From positions 2,685 through 66,684 of the forward strand of contig CBDEAP010000007.1 in NCBI GenBank assembly GCA_965236125.1: DNA of 64,000 nt. Reading direction: 5' to 3'. The position numbers and the translations under genes were made by a program. The stretch's first letter is position 1; each line of letters opens with the position of its first letter. The notes under the pieces are model-generated. The model saw only the letters and a program-made list of their open reading frames with translations. It was not told the origin of the DNA and made no database searches. Below are positions 41,047 through 52,039 of the stretch, one piece after another. This DNA comes from Candidatus Pelagibacterales bacterium. Its GTDB lineage: Bacteria; Pseudomonadota; Alphaproteobacteria; Pelagibacterales; Pelagibacteraceae.

Positions 41047-42207
41047 TTAAAGAGATTTAAATTTTAATTCTACTGTAGTTCCTTTATTAATTTCACTAGA
41101 GATTTCCATTAAACCTCTATGCTGAGATACTAAATGTTTGACAATCGCAAGACCTAAACCAGTGCCTCCAACACTTCTACTTTTACTAGGATCAACAGTA
41201 AAAAAACGCTCAGTAACTCTATAAATATATTGTTTTGGAATACCTATACCTTGATCAATTATTTTAATGATATTGAAGCTTTTATCTTTACTAGGAATTA
41301 TATTTATCTCTGTATTTTCATTACTATATTTTACGGCGTTATCAATTAAATTAGTAAAAATCTCTATTAACTTATCTTGATCTCCAATAATTTTAAAATC
41401 ATCAATTTGTGAAAAATTTATTTTAATATTTTTTCTTTTTACCAAATCTTTTTGCGTTTCAATTACATAATTGATTACGTTATTTAGATCAATTTCGTGA
41501 GTTGGCTTAATGTGTTCTTGTAATTCAATTTTTGATAGAGACAATAAATCTCTAATTAAATTTTCCATTCGTTCAGACTGAGAGAGCATTATTGGAAATA
41601 AATTTTTCAACTCATCATCATTTTTTATCTTGTCATTATTTTCTATAGTTTCTAAACCCATTTTAATTGATTGGAGTGGAGTTCTTAATTCATGAGAAAC
41701 ATTAGCAACAAAGTCTGATTTTAATTGTTGGAACTTATAAAATTCAGTTAAATCTCTTATGAAAAGTAAACACACACTTTCATTAAAGAAAAAGTTTGTA
41801 TTGTCATAAAATAAAGTAACATTTATTCGTTGAACGTTAGGGTTTCTTAATTCTACGTTAAAACTTTTTACATTTTCACCTTCAAATGATTTTTCAATCG
41901 CATTAAGTAAATCTGGATTTCGTAAATAATAACTAATGTTATCTTTCAATTTAATCTGAAATCTATCTTTGGCAGATTTATTATTAAATAAGATTTCTTT
42001 AGATTTATCCAGAATGATAACTTGTTCTGGGATGTAATCTAATAATTTATAAAGAGTTTTTTGGTAGAGCTTGTTATCAATTGGTTTTATATTTTTTGTT
42101 AAATCTTTTTCAACGTGAAAAGTAGGTTCAATTTTTTTTTCTTTCTTTATTAACAAAAAAAGTAAAAAAATAATTATGAATAAAAGAATAAAAGTTAAAG
42201 TGTCCAT
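41047..42207 (-). CDS. phoR: Phosphate regulon sensor histidine kinase PhoR
   Basis: DFVANVSHELRTPL, NLIDNAVKY, GGTGLGLAIVKH; one TM plus PAS-like domain; adjacent to pstS. Confidence 0.9.
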   Translation of the reverse strand: MDTLTFILLFIIIFLLFLLIKKEKKIEPTFHVEKDLTKNIKPIDNKLYQKTLYKLLDYIPEQVIILDKSKEILFNNKSAKDRFQIKLKDNISYYLRNPDLLNAIEKSFEGENVKSFNVELRNPNVQRINVTLFYDNTNFFFNESVCLLFIRDLTEFYKFQQLKSDFVANVSHELRTPLQSIKMGLETIENNDKIKNDDELKNLFPIMLSQSERMENLIRDLLSLSKIELQEHIKPTHEIDLNNVINYVIETQKDLVKRKNIKINFSQIDDFKIIGDQDKLIEIFTNLIDNAVKYSNENTEINIIPSKDKSFNIIKIIDQGIGIPKQYIYRVTERFFTVDPSKSRSVGGTGLGLAIVKHLVSQHRGLMEISSEINKGTTVELKFKSL

Positions 42208-42212
42208 TTAAA

Positions 42213-43418
42213 TTATTTTACTCTACCATAAACATCTTCATATCTTACAATGTCGGTTTCTTTTAATATAGATCCAACTTGAGCTTCAATAATTTTAACA
42301 GGCACTTTTCCATGATTTTGAATTCTATGAATTGCCTCTAATGGAATGAAAATATGTTCATTAGGACTCATTTTAAACTTATCATTATTTAGAGTAATTA
42401 AAGGCTTACCTTTAGTCACCAACCAATGTTCTGCTCTATGATGATGTTTTTGTAAACTTAAAATACCCTTAGGTTTTACATATAATTCTTTAATTAAAAA
42501 ATCTTTGCCTTCAAATAAATTGGTATATCTACCCCAAGGTCGGTAATAAATATTTTTTTTCTTAATATATTTATTTTTGTTTTTATCATACATCTTTAAA
42601 ATTTCTTTCCAGGATCCAAGATCTGACCACGGGATATCTAGTTTTATAGCATTAATCTCTTTAACTTTTTCTAATATTGCATAATCAAAAGATTTAGCTG
42701 TTGCTTTAACAAATGAGCTTTTATCTAAATAATAAACATTATTTTTAAGTTTAGCTTTGTTTACTGAGTTTAAACAATTTTTATAAATAATTGGTTGATA
42801 GGTTTTAAAATTATTAATTATAGAGTCTTTTCTTAAATAAAACATTCCAGAATTCCAATACCCTTTTGATTTAATAATTTCTTTAGCTTTAATTAAATTT
42901 GGTTTTTCAATAAATTTTGAAACTTTGTTTAAATTTCCTTTTATTTTTTTAGTTAGAAAATATCCATATTCACTTGATGGCACAGTTGGTTTTATGCCGA
43001 ATATAAATATATTTATATTGGTTAAATTTTTTTGATTTAATTTAATCGCTTTATTAAATATATTTATCTTTTCAATTAAATGATCTGCTGAAAAAAACAT
43101 TAAAGGTTGGTTGATTGGAATATCTTTTATTAGAGCTACGCTTAAAATCGCTGGAGCTGTATTGCGTTTATCAGGTTCTAAAACTATCTTAAATTTTTTA
43201 ATCTTATGTTTTTTAAGATGTTGTTTAACTTGTTTAAGATATTTTTTATTAGTGCTGATAATAGGATCGTCATAAATTGATGCTTTAACTCTCTCTAAAG
43301 TTTTTCCAAGTAAAGTCCAATTGCCAAAATCAATAAACTGTTTTGCTTGATGATTTTTGGCATTAGGCCATAATCTAGTGCCAGCACCACCACATAAAAT
43401 AACTGGTCTAATTTTCAT
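42213..43418 (-). CDS. manC: Mannose-1-phosphate guanylyltransferase / mannose-6-phosphate isomerase
   Basis: ILCGGAGTRLWP, NTAPA, WNSGMF, WSDLGSW, RPWG, LSLQKHHHRAEHW. Confidence 0.92.
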   Translation of the reverse strand: MKIRPVILCGGAGTRLWPNAKNHQAKQFIDFGNWTLLGKTLERVKASIYDDPIISTNKKYLKQVKQHLKKHKIKKFKIVLEPDKRNTAPAILSVALIKDIPINQPLMFFSADHLIEKINIFNKAIKLNQKNLTNINIFIFGIKPTVPSSEYGYFLTKKIKGNLNKVSKFIEKPNLIKAKEIIKSKGYWNSGMFYLRKDSIINNFKTYQPIIYKNCLNSVNKAKLKNNVYYLDKSSFVKATAKSFDYAILEKVKEINAIKLDIPWSDLGSWKEILKMYDKNKNKYIKKKNIYYRPWGRYTNLFEGKDFLIKELYVKPKGILSLQKHHHRAEHWLVTKGKPLITLNNDKFKMSPNEHIFIPLEAIHRIQNHGKVPVKIIEAQVGSILKETDIVRYEDVYGRVK

Positions 43419-45137
43419 TAAATATCAGCGTACTCTTTTACTTCTTTTCTTTTACCTGGATGAGTTGGTGCACCTAAGTAAGCTGGTCCAACTGTTTGAG
43501 CATATTTCCATAAAGTACCAGAACCAAAACTTGATTTTTTTGGTTTCCATTTTTTACGTCTAGCAGCTAACTGAGATCTAGTTAATCGTACATTAATAGT
43601 CCCCTTTTTAGCATCGATATCAATGATATCACCATTCCTTAAAAGGGCTATAGGGCCTCCTAAGGCGGCCTCAGGGCCTACATGACCCACACAGAAGCCT
43701 CTGGTGGCACCTGAGAACCTGCCATCAGTAATTAAGGCTACTTTCTCGCCTTTTCCTTGACCATAAATAGCGCCAGTGGTTGATAGCATTTCTCTCATAC
43801 CAGGACCACCTACAGGTCCTTCATATCTAATAATAATCACATCACCATCTTTATATCTTTTGTTTTGAACAGCATCCATTGCCGCTTCTTCATTATCAAA
43901 ACATCTTGCTCTACCAGTAAATTGTAATTTTTTAAGTCCTGCAATTTTAACTATTCCTCCGTCAGGAGCTAAATTACCTTTTAGACCAACTACTCCACCA
44001 TCTGGGTGATAATGGATTGTCATATTTTCTTAAAACTTTTTGCTTAGGATTAAATTTAATATTCTTTAAATTTTCCTTCATAGTTTTACCGGTTACAGTC
44101 ATACAATCGCCATGGATAAATCCACCATCGTATAAAGTTTTTAAAAGCATAGGAACACCACCCGCTAGCCACATATCTTTTGCAACATATTTTCCACCTG
44201 GTTTTAAATCTGCAAGATAAGGTGTTCTTTTAAATATTTTTGCAACATCCATAAGATCAAATTTAATTCCGATTTCATTTGCAATAGCAGGTAAATGTAA
44301 TGCTGCATTGGTTGAGCCACCTGTTGCAGCAACTATTGTTGCAGCATTTTCTAGAGCTTTTTTAGTAACAATATCTCTTGGTCGAATATTTTTTGCTAAT
44401 AAATTCATCACAGTTTTACCGCTCTCTTTTGCATACTTATCTCTTTCTTCATAAGGAGCAGGTGTGCCCGCTGAATAAGGTAATGCTAATCCGATAGCTT
44501 CTGAAACGCATGCCATTGTATTTGCTGTAAATTGACCCCCACATGCACCAGCACTAGGGCAAGCCACTAATTCTAATTTTCGAAGTTCTGCAGCAGACAT
44601 TTGACCAGATGAATGTTTTCCAACGGCTTCAAAGACATCTACAACAGTTACATCTTTACCTTTATATCTGCCTGGTAAAATTGATCCTCCATAAATAAAT
44701 ACACTTGGAACATTAAGTCGAACCATAGCCATCATTAATGCTGGTAAAGATTTATCACATCCAGCAATACCAACTAATGCATCATAACAATGACCTCGTA
44801 CAGTTAATTCAGCTGAGTCTGCAATCACCTCTCTTGATATCAATGAAGATTTCATTCCTTCATGACCCATTGCAATACCGTCAGTTACAGTAATTGTGCA
44901 AAATTCTCTTGGAGTGCCACCGTTCGCTCGAACACCTTTTTTAACTGATTGAGCCTGTCTCATTAAAGCGATGTTACAAGGAGCAGCTTCATTCCAGGTT
45001 GATACAACGCCCACAAAAGGTTTCGCTACATCTTTTTCTGTTTCTCCCATTGCATAATAAAAAGATCGATGTGGTGCTCTATCTGGCCCTATTGATGTGT
45101 GTCTACTTGGTAATTTCTTTTTATTGAATTTTTTCAT
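43418..45137 (-). CDS. ilvD: Dihydroxy-acid dehydratase, split by one extra base at 44004-44006
   Basis: PCN, TDGI, GCDK, GPGMREM, TDGRFSG; removing one G rejoins [13 protein letters not shown]. Confidence 0.95.
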
Positions 45138-47765
45138 TATAAACTTTCTATAGTTAGTGATATTTTTTTAATATCTTTTTCTAAATTATTATAATTAGTT
45201 TTTTCTTGATCAACAATATCTTTTGGAGCTCTATCGATGAAACCTCTATTAGATAATCTCTTAGATATACCATCAAGTTCTTTTTGATATTTTTCCTGTC
45301 TATTTATCAAATTAGTTTTGATTAATTTTAAATCAACGTCTCCATCAAAATAAACTTTAAATATTTCGCCTGATATAACCATTGCTGCTGAGGGTCTGTC
45401 TAAGTTATCTTTGTGAAATTTATTTATTCTTCCTAATTTTTTTAAAATTACTTCATTAGCATTTATAAAATCTAGAGTATTTTTATCCAATAACTTTGTT
45501 GATATTTCTGTATAGGAGCCTGGACTAACATTAAGTTCATTTTTAAATGATCTTAGTTCAGAGATAATAGTTATAATTTTTTGTACATCATCAACTGAGC
45601 TATCGTTTGACACTGAACCTTCAGGCCAATTTGCATGCATTAAATAGTCTTTACCAGAATTATCAAATTTATTTTTTAACCAAATTTCCTCTGTTACAAA
45701 GGGTATAAAAGGATGAAGCATTATTAAAATTTGCCTAAAAATATATGGAGCCATAATTTTTACTTCATTTTTAGCTATCTCATCTTCAGAAAATAAAATT
45801 GTTTTTGATAACTCTAGATACCAGTCACAATAAGAATTCCATGCAAATCGATAAGCATTTTTGGCAGCTTCATCAAATCGATAATCCTTAATATTTTGTT
45901 CAATTAAATTCTTAACTTGGATTAATTCATTATAAATCCATTTGTTAATATTTAACGTTATACTTGGGAACAGATTTTGTGGAGCTAAAATCACACTCAT
46001 TTGTAATTAAAAAATTATTAGCATTCCATAATTTATTTAAAAAATTCCTGTATCCTTTTACTCTATCTTCAGAAAGCTTAACATCGGTTCCTGGAGATGC
46101 CATTGATAATAAAGTAAATCTTAATGCATCAGCACTATATTTATTAATTAAATCTAAGGGATCAATTACATTACCTTTTGATTTGGACATTTTTTGTCCC
46201 TTTTCATCTCGAACTAAAGCGTGAACATAAATATCTTTAAAAGGTTCTTTGTCTAGAAATTCCATCCCAAACATCATCATTCTTGCAACCCAAAAGAAAA
46301 TAATATCAAATCCAGTAACTAAAACAGTTGTTGGATAAAATTTTTTTAAATATTCACTATCATTTGGCCAACCGAGTGTAGCAAATGGCCATAGACCTGA
46401 AGAAAACCAAGTATCCAAAACATCAGGATCTCTAGTTAGTTCAACATCTTTTTTATAATATTCTTTAGCCTCTTGTTTTGCTTTATCTTCATCATAAGCA
46501 ACAAAAATTTTATTATCTGGACCATACCAAGCTGGGATTTGGTGTCCCCACCATAATTGTCTTGAAATACACCAAGGTTCAATATTATTCATCCATTGAA
46601 AATAAGTTTTTGACCAATTATTTGGAAAAAAATTAGTTTTCTTATTGTTTACTATCTCTTTAGCTTTAATAGCTAATTTTTCAGCATCAACAAACCATTG
46701 ATCTGTAAGAAATGGCTCAATAATAGAATTTGATCTATCTCCATAAGGAACTTTATTTCTAATATCTTCATCTTTAACAAAAAATTCTTTTTCTTTTAAT
46801 TCTTTAATTATTTTCTTTCTTGCTTCAAATCTATCTAAACCAATGTAATCATTAGGAGCATTTTCGTTAATTTTACCATCTTCAGTAAATATATTAATGA
46901 TTTCTAAATTATTTCTTTGACCAACATCATAATCATTAAAATCATGGGCAGGTGTTATCTTTAGTGCTCCAGTCCCTTGTTCTGGATCAGCATAATCATC
47001 TTCAATAATATTAATTTTTCTTCCTACGATTGGAATAGTTACAGTTTTTCCAACAAATGATTTAAACCTATCATCTTTAGGATTTACAGCTATTGCAGTA
47101 TCTCCCAACATGGTTTCAGGTCTAGTGGTTGCTATAGTTATAAATTCATCTGAATTATCTAATGGGTATTTAATATAGTAAATTTTTGAGTTAACCTCTC
47201 TTTGATCAACTTCAAGGTCAGAAATTGCAGTTTTTAAAACTGTATCCCAATTAACTAGTTTTTTTGCTTTATAGATTAGTCCCTTTTTATGAAGATCTAC
47301 AAAAACTTTAATTACAGATTTAGACAAGTTTTCATCCATGGTGAAGGCATTACGAGACCAATCACAAGAACATCCTAACTTTTTAAGTTGGTTGATTATG
47401 ATATCACCATATTGATTTTTCCATTCCCAAACTTTTTCAATGAATTTTTCTCTTCCAATATCATTTTTATTAACACCTTCTTTTTCAAGTTTTCTCTCAA
47501 CAAGTGCTTGTGTTGCTATACCAGCATGATCAGTACCAGGTTGCCATAGGGTTTCATAATTATTCATTCTGTAAAAACGAATTAAAAAATCTTGAATGGA
47601 GTTATTAAGTGCATGTCCCATATGCAGACTACCAGTTACATTTGGCGGTGGTATTACAACTGAATATTTTTTTGAATTACTTTTTGGTTTAAATAATTGA
47701 TTTGCTTCCCAATAAGCATAAATCTTATCTTCAACATCAGAATGTATATATTTATCGCTGCTCAT
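45137..47765 (-). CDS. valS: Valyl-tRNA synthetase, split by one extra base at 45966-45968
   Basis: PPPNVTGSLHMGH, WCISRQLWWGH, KMSKS; removing one G rejoins KSVP-SITLN. Confidence 0.96.
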
Positions 47766-47888
47766 GAATATTAAAAGTTTATAATTTAATAATCTAAATT
47801 AACAATAATCAAATTAGATCGTTATTTGATAGACTAATGTTAAATATTTTATATAAAAAGGTTTTTGTAACTATTTAGCATTCATAAT

Positions 47889-47962
47889 GGCAACGTGGCG
47901 GAATGGTTACGCAGAGGATTGCAAATCCTTGTATCCCGGTTCGATTCCGGGCGTTGCCTCCA
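47889..47962 (+). tRNA. tRNA-Cys(GCA)
   Basis: GGCAACG...GAGGA-TTGCAAA-TCCTT...GGTTCGATTCC...TCCA. Confidence 0.97.
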
Positions 47963-48013
47963 AAAAAAAATCTTGTTTTAGTGTCAAAAAAAAGTAAGTT
48001 GGGTTTTTTACAT

Positions 48014-48089
48014 TCCTCGGTAGCTCAGTTGGTAGAGCAGTTGACTGTTAATCAATTGGTCGCAGGTTCGAGTCCTGCCCGGGGAGCCA
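48014..48089 (+). tRNA. tRNA-Asn(GTT)
   Basis: TCCTCGGTAGCTCAG...GTTGA-CTGTTAA-TCAAT...GGTTCGAGTCC...GCCA. Confidence 0.97.
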
Positions 48090-48092
48090 AAA

Positions 48093-48464
48093 TTATCCTA
48101 CTTTAGAAATTCCTGCTGCTGAAACCTGAATAGATTTATTAAATTTTAGTTTTTGATCAGAATTAAGCTCCGAATATAATTTAACTAAAAAATTATAATT
48201 AACATTCATATGTCCTTCTTGCGATTTTTCTAAATTAATTAAATATTCTGAAAAATCTTCAAAAAAATAATTTATAGGAACTTTTAAGTAGTTTGAAAGT
48301 TGTAATAATCTAATTGAACTTACACCGTTGGTACCTTTTTCGTATTTTTGAATTTGTTGAAATGTTACATTTATAGCTTTTGCGACTTTTGTTTGAGTTA
48401 AACCTAAAGCTAATCTTCTTAACTTTAATTTATTACCCAAATGTCTGTTAAAATTATCTTCCAT
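48093..48464 (-). CDS. XRE-family HTH regulator (PhrR/PraR-like)
   Basis: LTQTKVA...VTFQQIQKYEKGTN...VPINYFF. Confidence 0.9.
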   Translation of the reverse strand: MEDNFNRHLGNKLKLRRLALGLTQTKVAKAINVTFQQIQKYEKGTNGVSSIRLLQLSNYLKVPINYFFEDFSEYLINLEKSQEGHMNVNYNFLVKLYSELNSDQKLKFNKSIQVSAAGISKVG

Positions 48465-48640
48465 TAAGACCCCTCTTAATTGTTAAAAAACTTATTGAAC
48501 TAATTTATCTGTATTAGATCAATAAAAAAATTTATTTTTTTTTAAAAAAAAGACATTAATTTGAAAAGTTGTCAAGTAATTGATTTTAAAAAAATAAGAA
48601 TTAATTTAAGTGAAATTTCAGTGATTAAATTTTAAAATTA

Positions 48641-49375
48641 TTATAAAATTTGGCTTAAAAATAGTTTTGTTCTATCACTCTTAGGGTTTGCAAAAAATTC
48701 TTTAGTATCAGCCTTCTCTACTATCATTCCTTCATCCATAAAGATCATTTTATCTGCAACTTCCTTCGCAAATCCCATTTCATGAGTAACAACGATCATG
48801 GTCATACCTTGTTTTGCTAGGTTAACCATTACGTCTAATACCTCTTTAATCATCTCAGGGTCTAAAGCTGATGTTGGTTCATCAAAAAGCATTATTTTTG
48901 GCTTCATACACAATGCTCTCGCTATAGCTACCCTCTGTTGTTGACCACCTGATAATTGACCTGGGTACTTTTTTGCCTGATCTAATATTTGAACTTTTTC
49001 TAAATGTTCTAGAGCAAGTTCTTCTGCTTCCTTTTTAGGTAACTTCTTTACCCAAATAGGTGCTAAAGTACAGTTATCTAGAATTGATAAATGAGGAAAT
49101 AAATTAAATTGTTGAAAAACCATTCCAACTTCAGCTCTTATTTGTTCAATATTTTTTGTATCTTCATTTAGAATATTGCCATCAACAATGATATCTCCTT
49201 GTTGATGCTCTTCTAATCTATTAATGCATCTAATTAATGTTGATTTACCTGAGCCTGATGGACCACAGACAACAATTTTTTCTTTTGATTTAACTTCTAA
49301 ATTAATATCTTTTAAAACTTGGAATTCACCAAACCATTTATTTACATTTTTAATTTGAATTATACTATCTGACAT
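48641..49375 (-). CDS. aapP: General L-amino acid ABC transporter ATPase (AapP/YhdZ/BztD)
   Basis: [34 protein letters not shown]. Confidence 0.9.
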   Translation of the reverse strand: MSDSIIQIKNVNKWFGEFQVLKDINLEVKSKEKIVVCGPSGSGKSTLIRCINRLEEHQQGDIIVDGNILNEDTKNIEQIRAEVGMVFQQFNLFPHLSILDNCTLAPIWVKKLPKKEAEELALEHLEKVQILDQAKKYPGQLSGGQQQRVAIARALCMKPKIMLFDEPTSALDPEMIKEVLDVMVNLAKQGMTMIVVTHEMGFAKEVADKMIFMDEGMIVEKADTKEFFANPKSDRTKLFLSQIL

Positions 49376-49378
49376 TAA

Positions 49379-50821
49379 TTATCGATCTGTTTTATATTTT
49401 TGTTCTAAATTGTAACTATATTTACTCATTGAATAGCAAATAATCCAGAAAATTATTGCTGCAAACACATAACCTTCCATAGCAAATCCAAGCCACTCTG
49501 GGTTTGTTTTTGCTAAATTTAACATTCCAACTAATTCTAATAATCCTACTACAAAAATTAATGGAGTATCTTTAACTAATGCTAAAAAAGTATTTGCGAT
49601 ACCTGGAATAACTAATTTTAATGCTTGAGGCAAAATTACAAAAATATGCATTTTCCAATAACCCATTCCTAATGATTTTGCGGCTTCATATTGACCTCTT
49701 GGTAAAGCTTGCAATCCTCCTCTGATTACTTCTGCTACATATGCTGCCTCAAATAAAGATATTGCAATAATTGCTCTAACTAATTTATCAATAAATAAAT
49801 CTTGAGGTAAAAACATTGGAAACATTACTGCAGACATGAATAAAACAGTAATTAAAGGAACACCTCTCCAAAATTCAATAAATCCAATTGAGATATATCT
49901 AATTAGAGGATAATCAGATCTTCTTCCTAAAGCAAAAGCCATTCCTATTGGAAAACAAAAAATTAAACAGAAAAAAGAAATAATAAATGTTAATGACAAT
50001 CCTCCCCAAGCACCTGTCTCAACCCAGTTCAATCCTTCAAGTTTACCAAGTTCTATTAATTCATCATAAAAAATAAAATACTTTAAAGTAAAATAAAGTG
50101 TAATTGGTATAATCAAAAAATAATAAAATCTAAATTTATTCGGGACAAAGAAACCAGCAATAAGAGAAATTATTGCTGCAATAATTCCATATGAAAAATC
50201 AAAAAAAACTGGGCCACCTGAAATAAAAAAGAAAATAAAAAGAAAAGCAATAAAAGGATAGATTACCACATAGTATAAAGTTAAATATTTTTTAAATTTT
50301 TCAGTAGCAAAATATCCTACAGAACCCAATAAAGCTAAAGAGACAAATGAAAGATTAATTCTCCACTGCTCCGCATTAGGATACATTCCATACATAAATC
50401 TATTTAACCATACTTTAATATAGGTCCAACAAGCTCCACTACCTGTACAAACATCTTTAGATTCTCCCGAAAAACTAGCATCAATTATAAACCAGCTTAA
50501 CAATGGAGGTAACGATTTAATTATTATAAAAATTATTAATAATGAAAGTATTGCATTAAAATTATTTGTATTAATATTTTTATTTAAGGAGTCTAAGAAA
50601 TCATAGCCACTTTTTTCAATTCTAATAAAATATAATCCTATAAATCCAATTATTAATGGAAATACAAAATTTAATTTTTTTGGAAGAAAATTTGTAAAAT
50701 TTATTTGATAAAAAGAATTTAAAAAAACATCCAAAAAACTGATAAATATAAATAAACTTCCAACAGTCAAAAATGTGTTTAAATTAGATTTTGTTGGTTT
50801 TAAAAAACTTAGACTAGACAT
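49379..50821 (-). CDS. aapM: General L-amino acid ABC transporter permease (AapM/YhdY)
   Basis: GACW, WGGLSLT, RGVPLITVLF, AEVIRGGLQA. Confidence 0.9.
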   Translation of the reverse strand: MSSLSFLKPTKSNLNTFLTVGSLFIFISFLDVFLNSFYQINFTNFLPKKLNFVFPLIIGFIGLYFIRIEKSGYDFLDSLNKNINTNNFNAILSLLIIFIIIKSLPPLLSWFIIDASFSGESKDVCTGSGACWTYIKVWLNRFMYGMYPNAEQWRINLSFVSLALLGSVGYFATEKFKKYLTLYYVVIYPFIAFLFIFFFISGGPVFFDFSYGIIAAIISLIAGFFVPNKFRFYYFLIIPITLYFTLKYFIFYDELIELGKLEGLNWVETGAWGGLSLTFIISFFCLIFCFPIGMAFALGRRSDYPLIRYISIGFIEFWRGVPLITVLFMSAVMFPMFLPQDLFIDKLVRAIIAISLFEAAYVAEVIRGGLQALPRGQYEAAKSLGMGYWKMHIFVILPQALKLVIPGIANTFLALVKDTPLIFVVGLLELVGMLNLAKTNPEWLGFAMEGYVFAAIIFWIICYSMSKYSYNLEQKYKTDR

Positions 50822-50822
50822 A

Positions 50823-51975
50823 TTATTTTTCTACAATTGCAATTTTTTTGTTATACCAGTTCATTAAGATAGATATGGAAATACTTATTGTTAAATAAGT
50901 AAACATAGTCATAAAAACGATTTCTATAGCTTTTCCAGTTTGCATCAAAGCTGTGCCAGCAAAAACCAATACTAGATCTGGATATGCTATCGCAGCAGCA
51001 AGAGATGAATTTTTTGTTAAATTTAAATATTGGTTAGTAGTAGGTGGGATAATAATCCTTAATGCTTGTGGCATCACAACTAATTTTAAAACTTGATTTG
51101 GTTTTAAACCAATTGATGCAGCAGCTTCTTTTTGTCCTTTACCTACTCCTTGGATACCTGCTCTAACATTCTCCGCGATAAATGTTGCGGTATATAAAGC
51201 AAGAGCTAATGTTAAAGCTATTAATTCTGGCGGTAAATTTATTCCTCCATTAAATCTAAAAGATGTTTCAGCAAGTTGAACTAACTTGGGAAATTCAAGT
51301 GTTGCATCAACACCACCCATTAAAAAACTCAGTAAGTGGTAAAATTATTATTAATCCAAGTGAAATAAGCAATACAGGCAATTGTTTTCCTTGAGTTTCT
51401 TGGATTTTTTTTGCCTGAATTTTAATTATAATTATAGATATTATCGCTGCTATTACAGAGTAAAAAAATACATTAAAATTTTCCCAAATAAAAGTTGGGA
51501 TAATCATTCCTTTAATAGTCAAATAAATTCCTCCAAGTATAGGTTCTGCATCTTGAGGTAATGGTAACGCCCTTAAAGCAGCAAAATACCAAAAGAAAAT
51601 TTGTAATAACAAAGGAATATTTCTAAAAAATTCAACATAAAATGCTGAAAAATTTCTAATTAAGTAATTTGGTGAAAGTCTCGCTACTCCAATGATAATA
51701 CCTAGTATGGTTGCAAAAATAATTCCAATTACTGAAACTAAAAGTGTGTTAAGCAATCCAACTAGATAAGCTCTAAAATAAGAGTGAGAACCATCATATT
51801 CAATTAATGAAAATTGAACATCAAAAGAAGCTTCTTGAGATAAAAAACCAAAACCAAAATCAATACCTCTATTCTCCATATTGACTTGAGCGTTATGTGA
51901 AAAAAAACCAAATACTAAAACTACAACTAGTATAGTTAAAAATTGAGGTAATAAATTTTTTAATTTTAAGTTCAC
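50823..51975 (-). CDS. aapQ: General L-amino acid ABC transporter permease (AapQ/YhdX), split by one extra base near 51336
   Basis: GLLNTL, FRNIPLLLQI, AENVRAGI, KNSSLA; frames rejoin as LP-LLSFLMGG. Confidence 0.9.
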
Positions 51976-51986
51976 TTTAAATATAT

Positions 51987-52019
51987 AAAAAAAAGGGCTA
52001 GAAAAATCTAGCCCTTTTT
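51987..52019 (-). terminator. Intrinsic terminator/attenuating hairpin after the binding-protein gene
   Basis: AAAAAGGGCTAGA-AAAA-TCTAGCCCTTTTT with a U-tract on the minus strand. Confidence 0.85.
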
Positions 52020-52039
52020 AAATTGATTAAATTAAGCAA

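Noticed and set aside
47903-48106. 67-aa ORF MVTQRIANP...
   Set aside because: It is a translation of the tRNA-Cys and tRNA-Asn genes.
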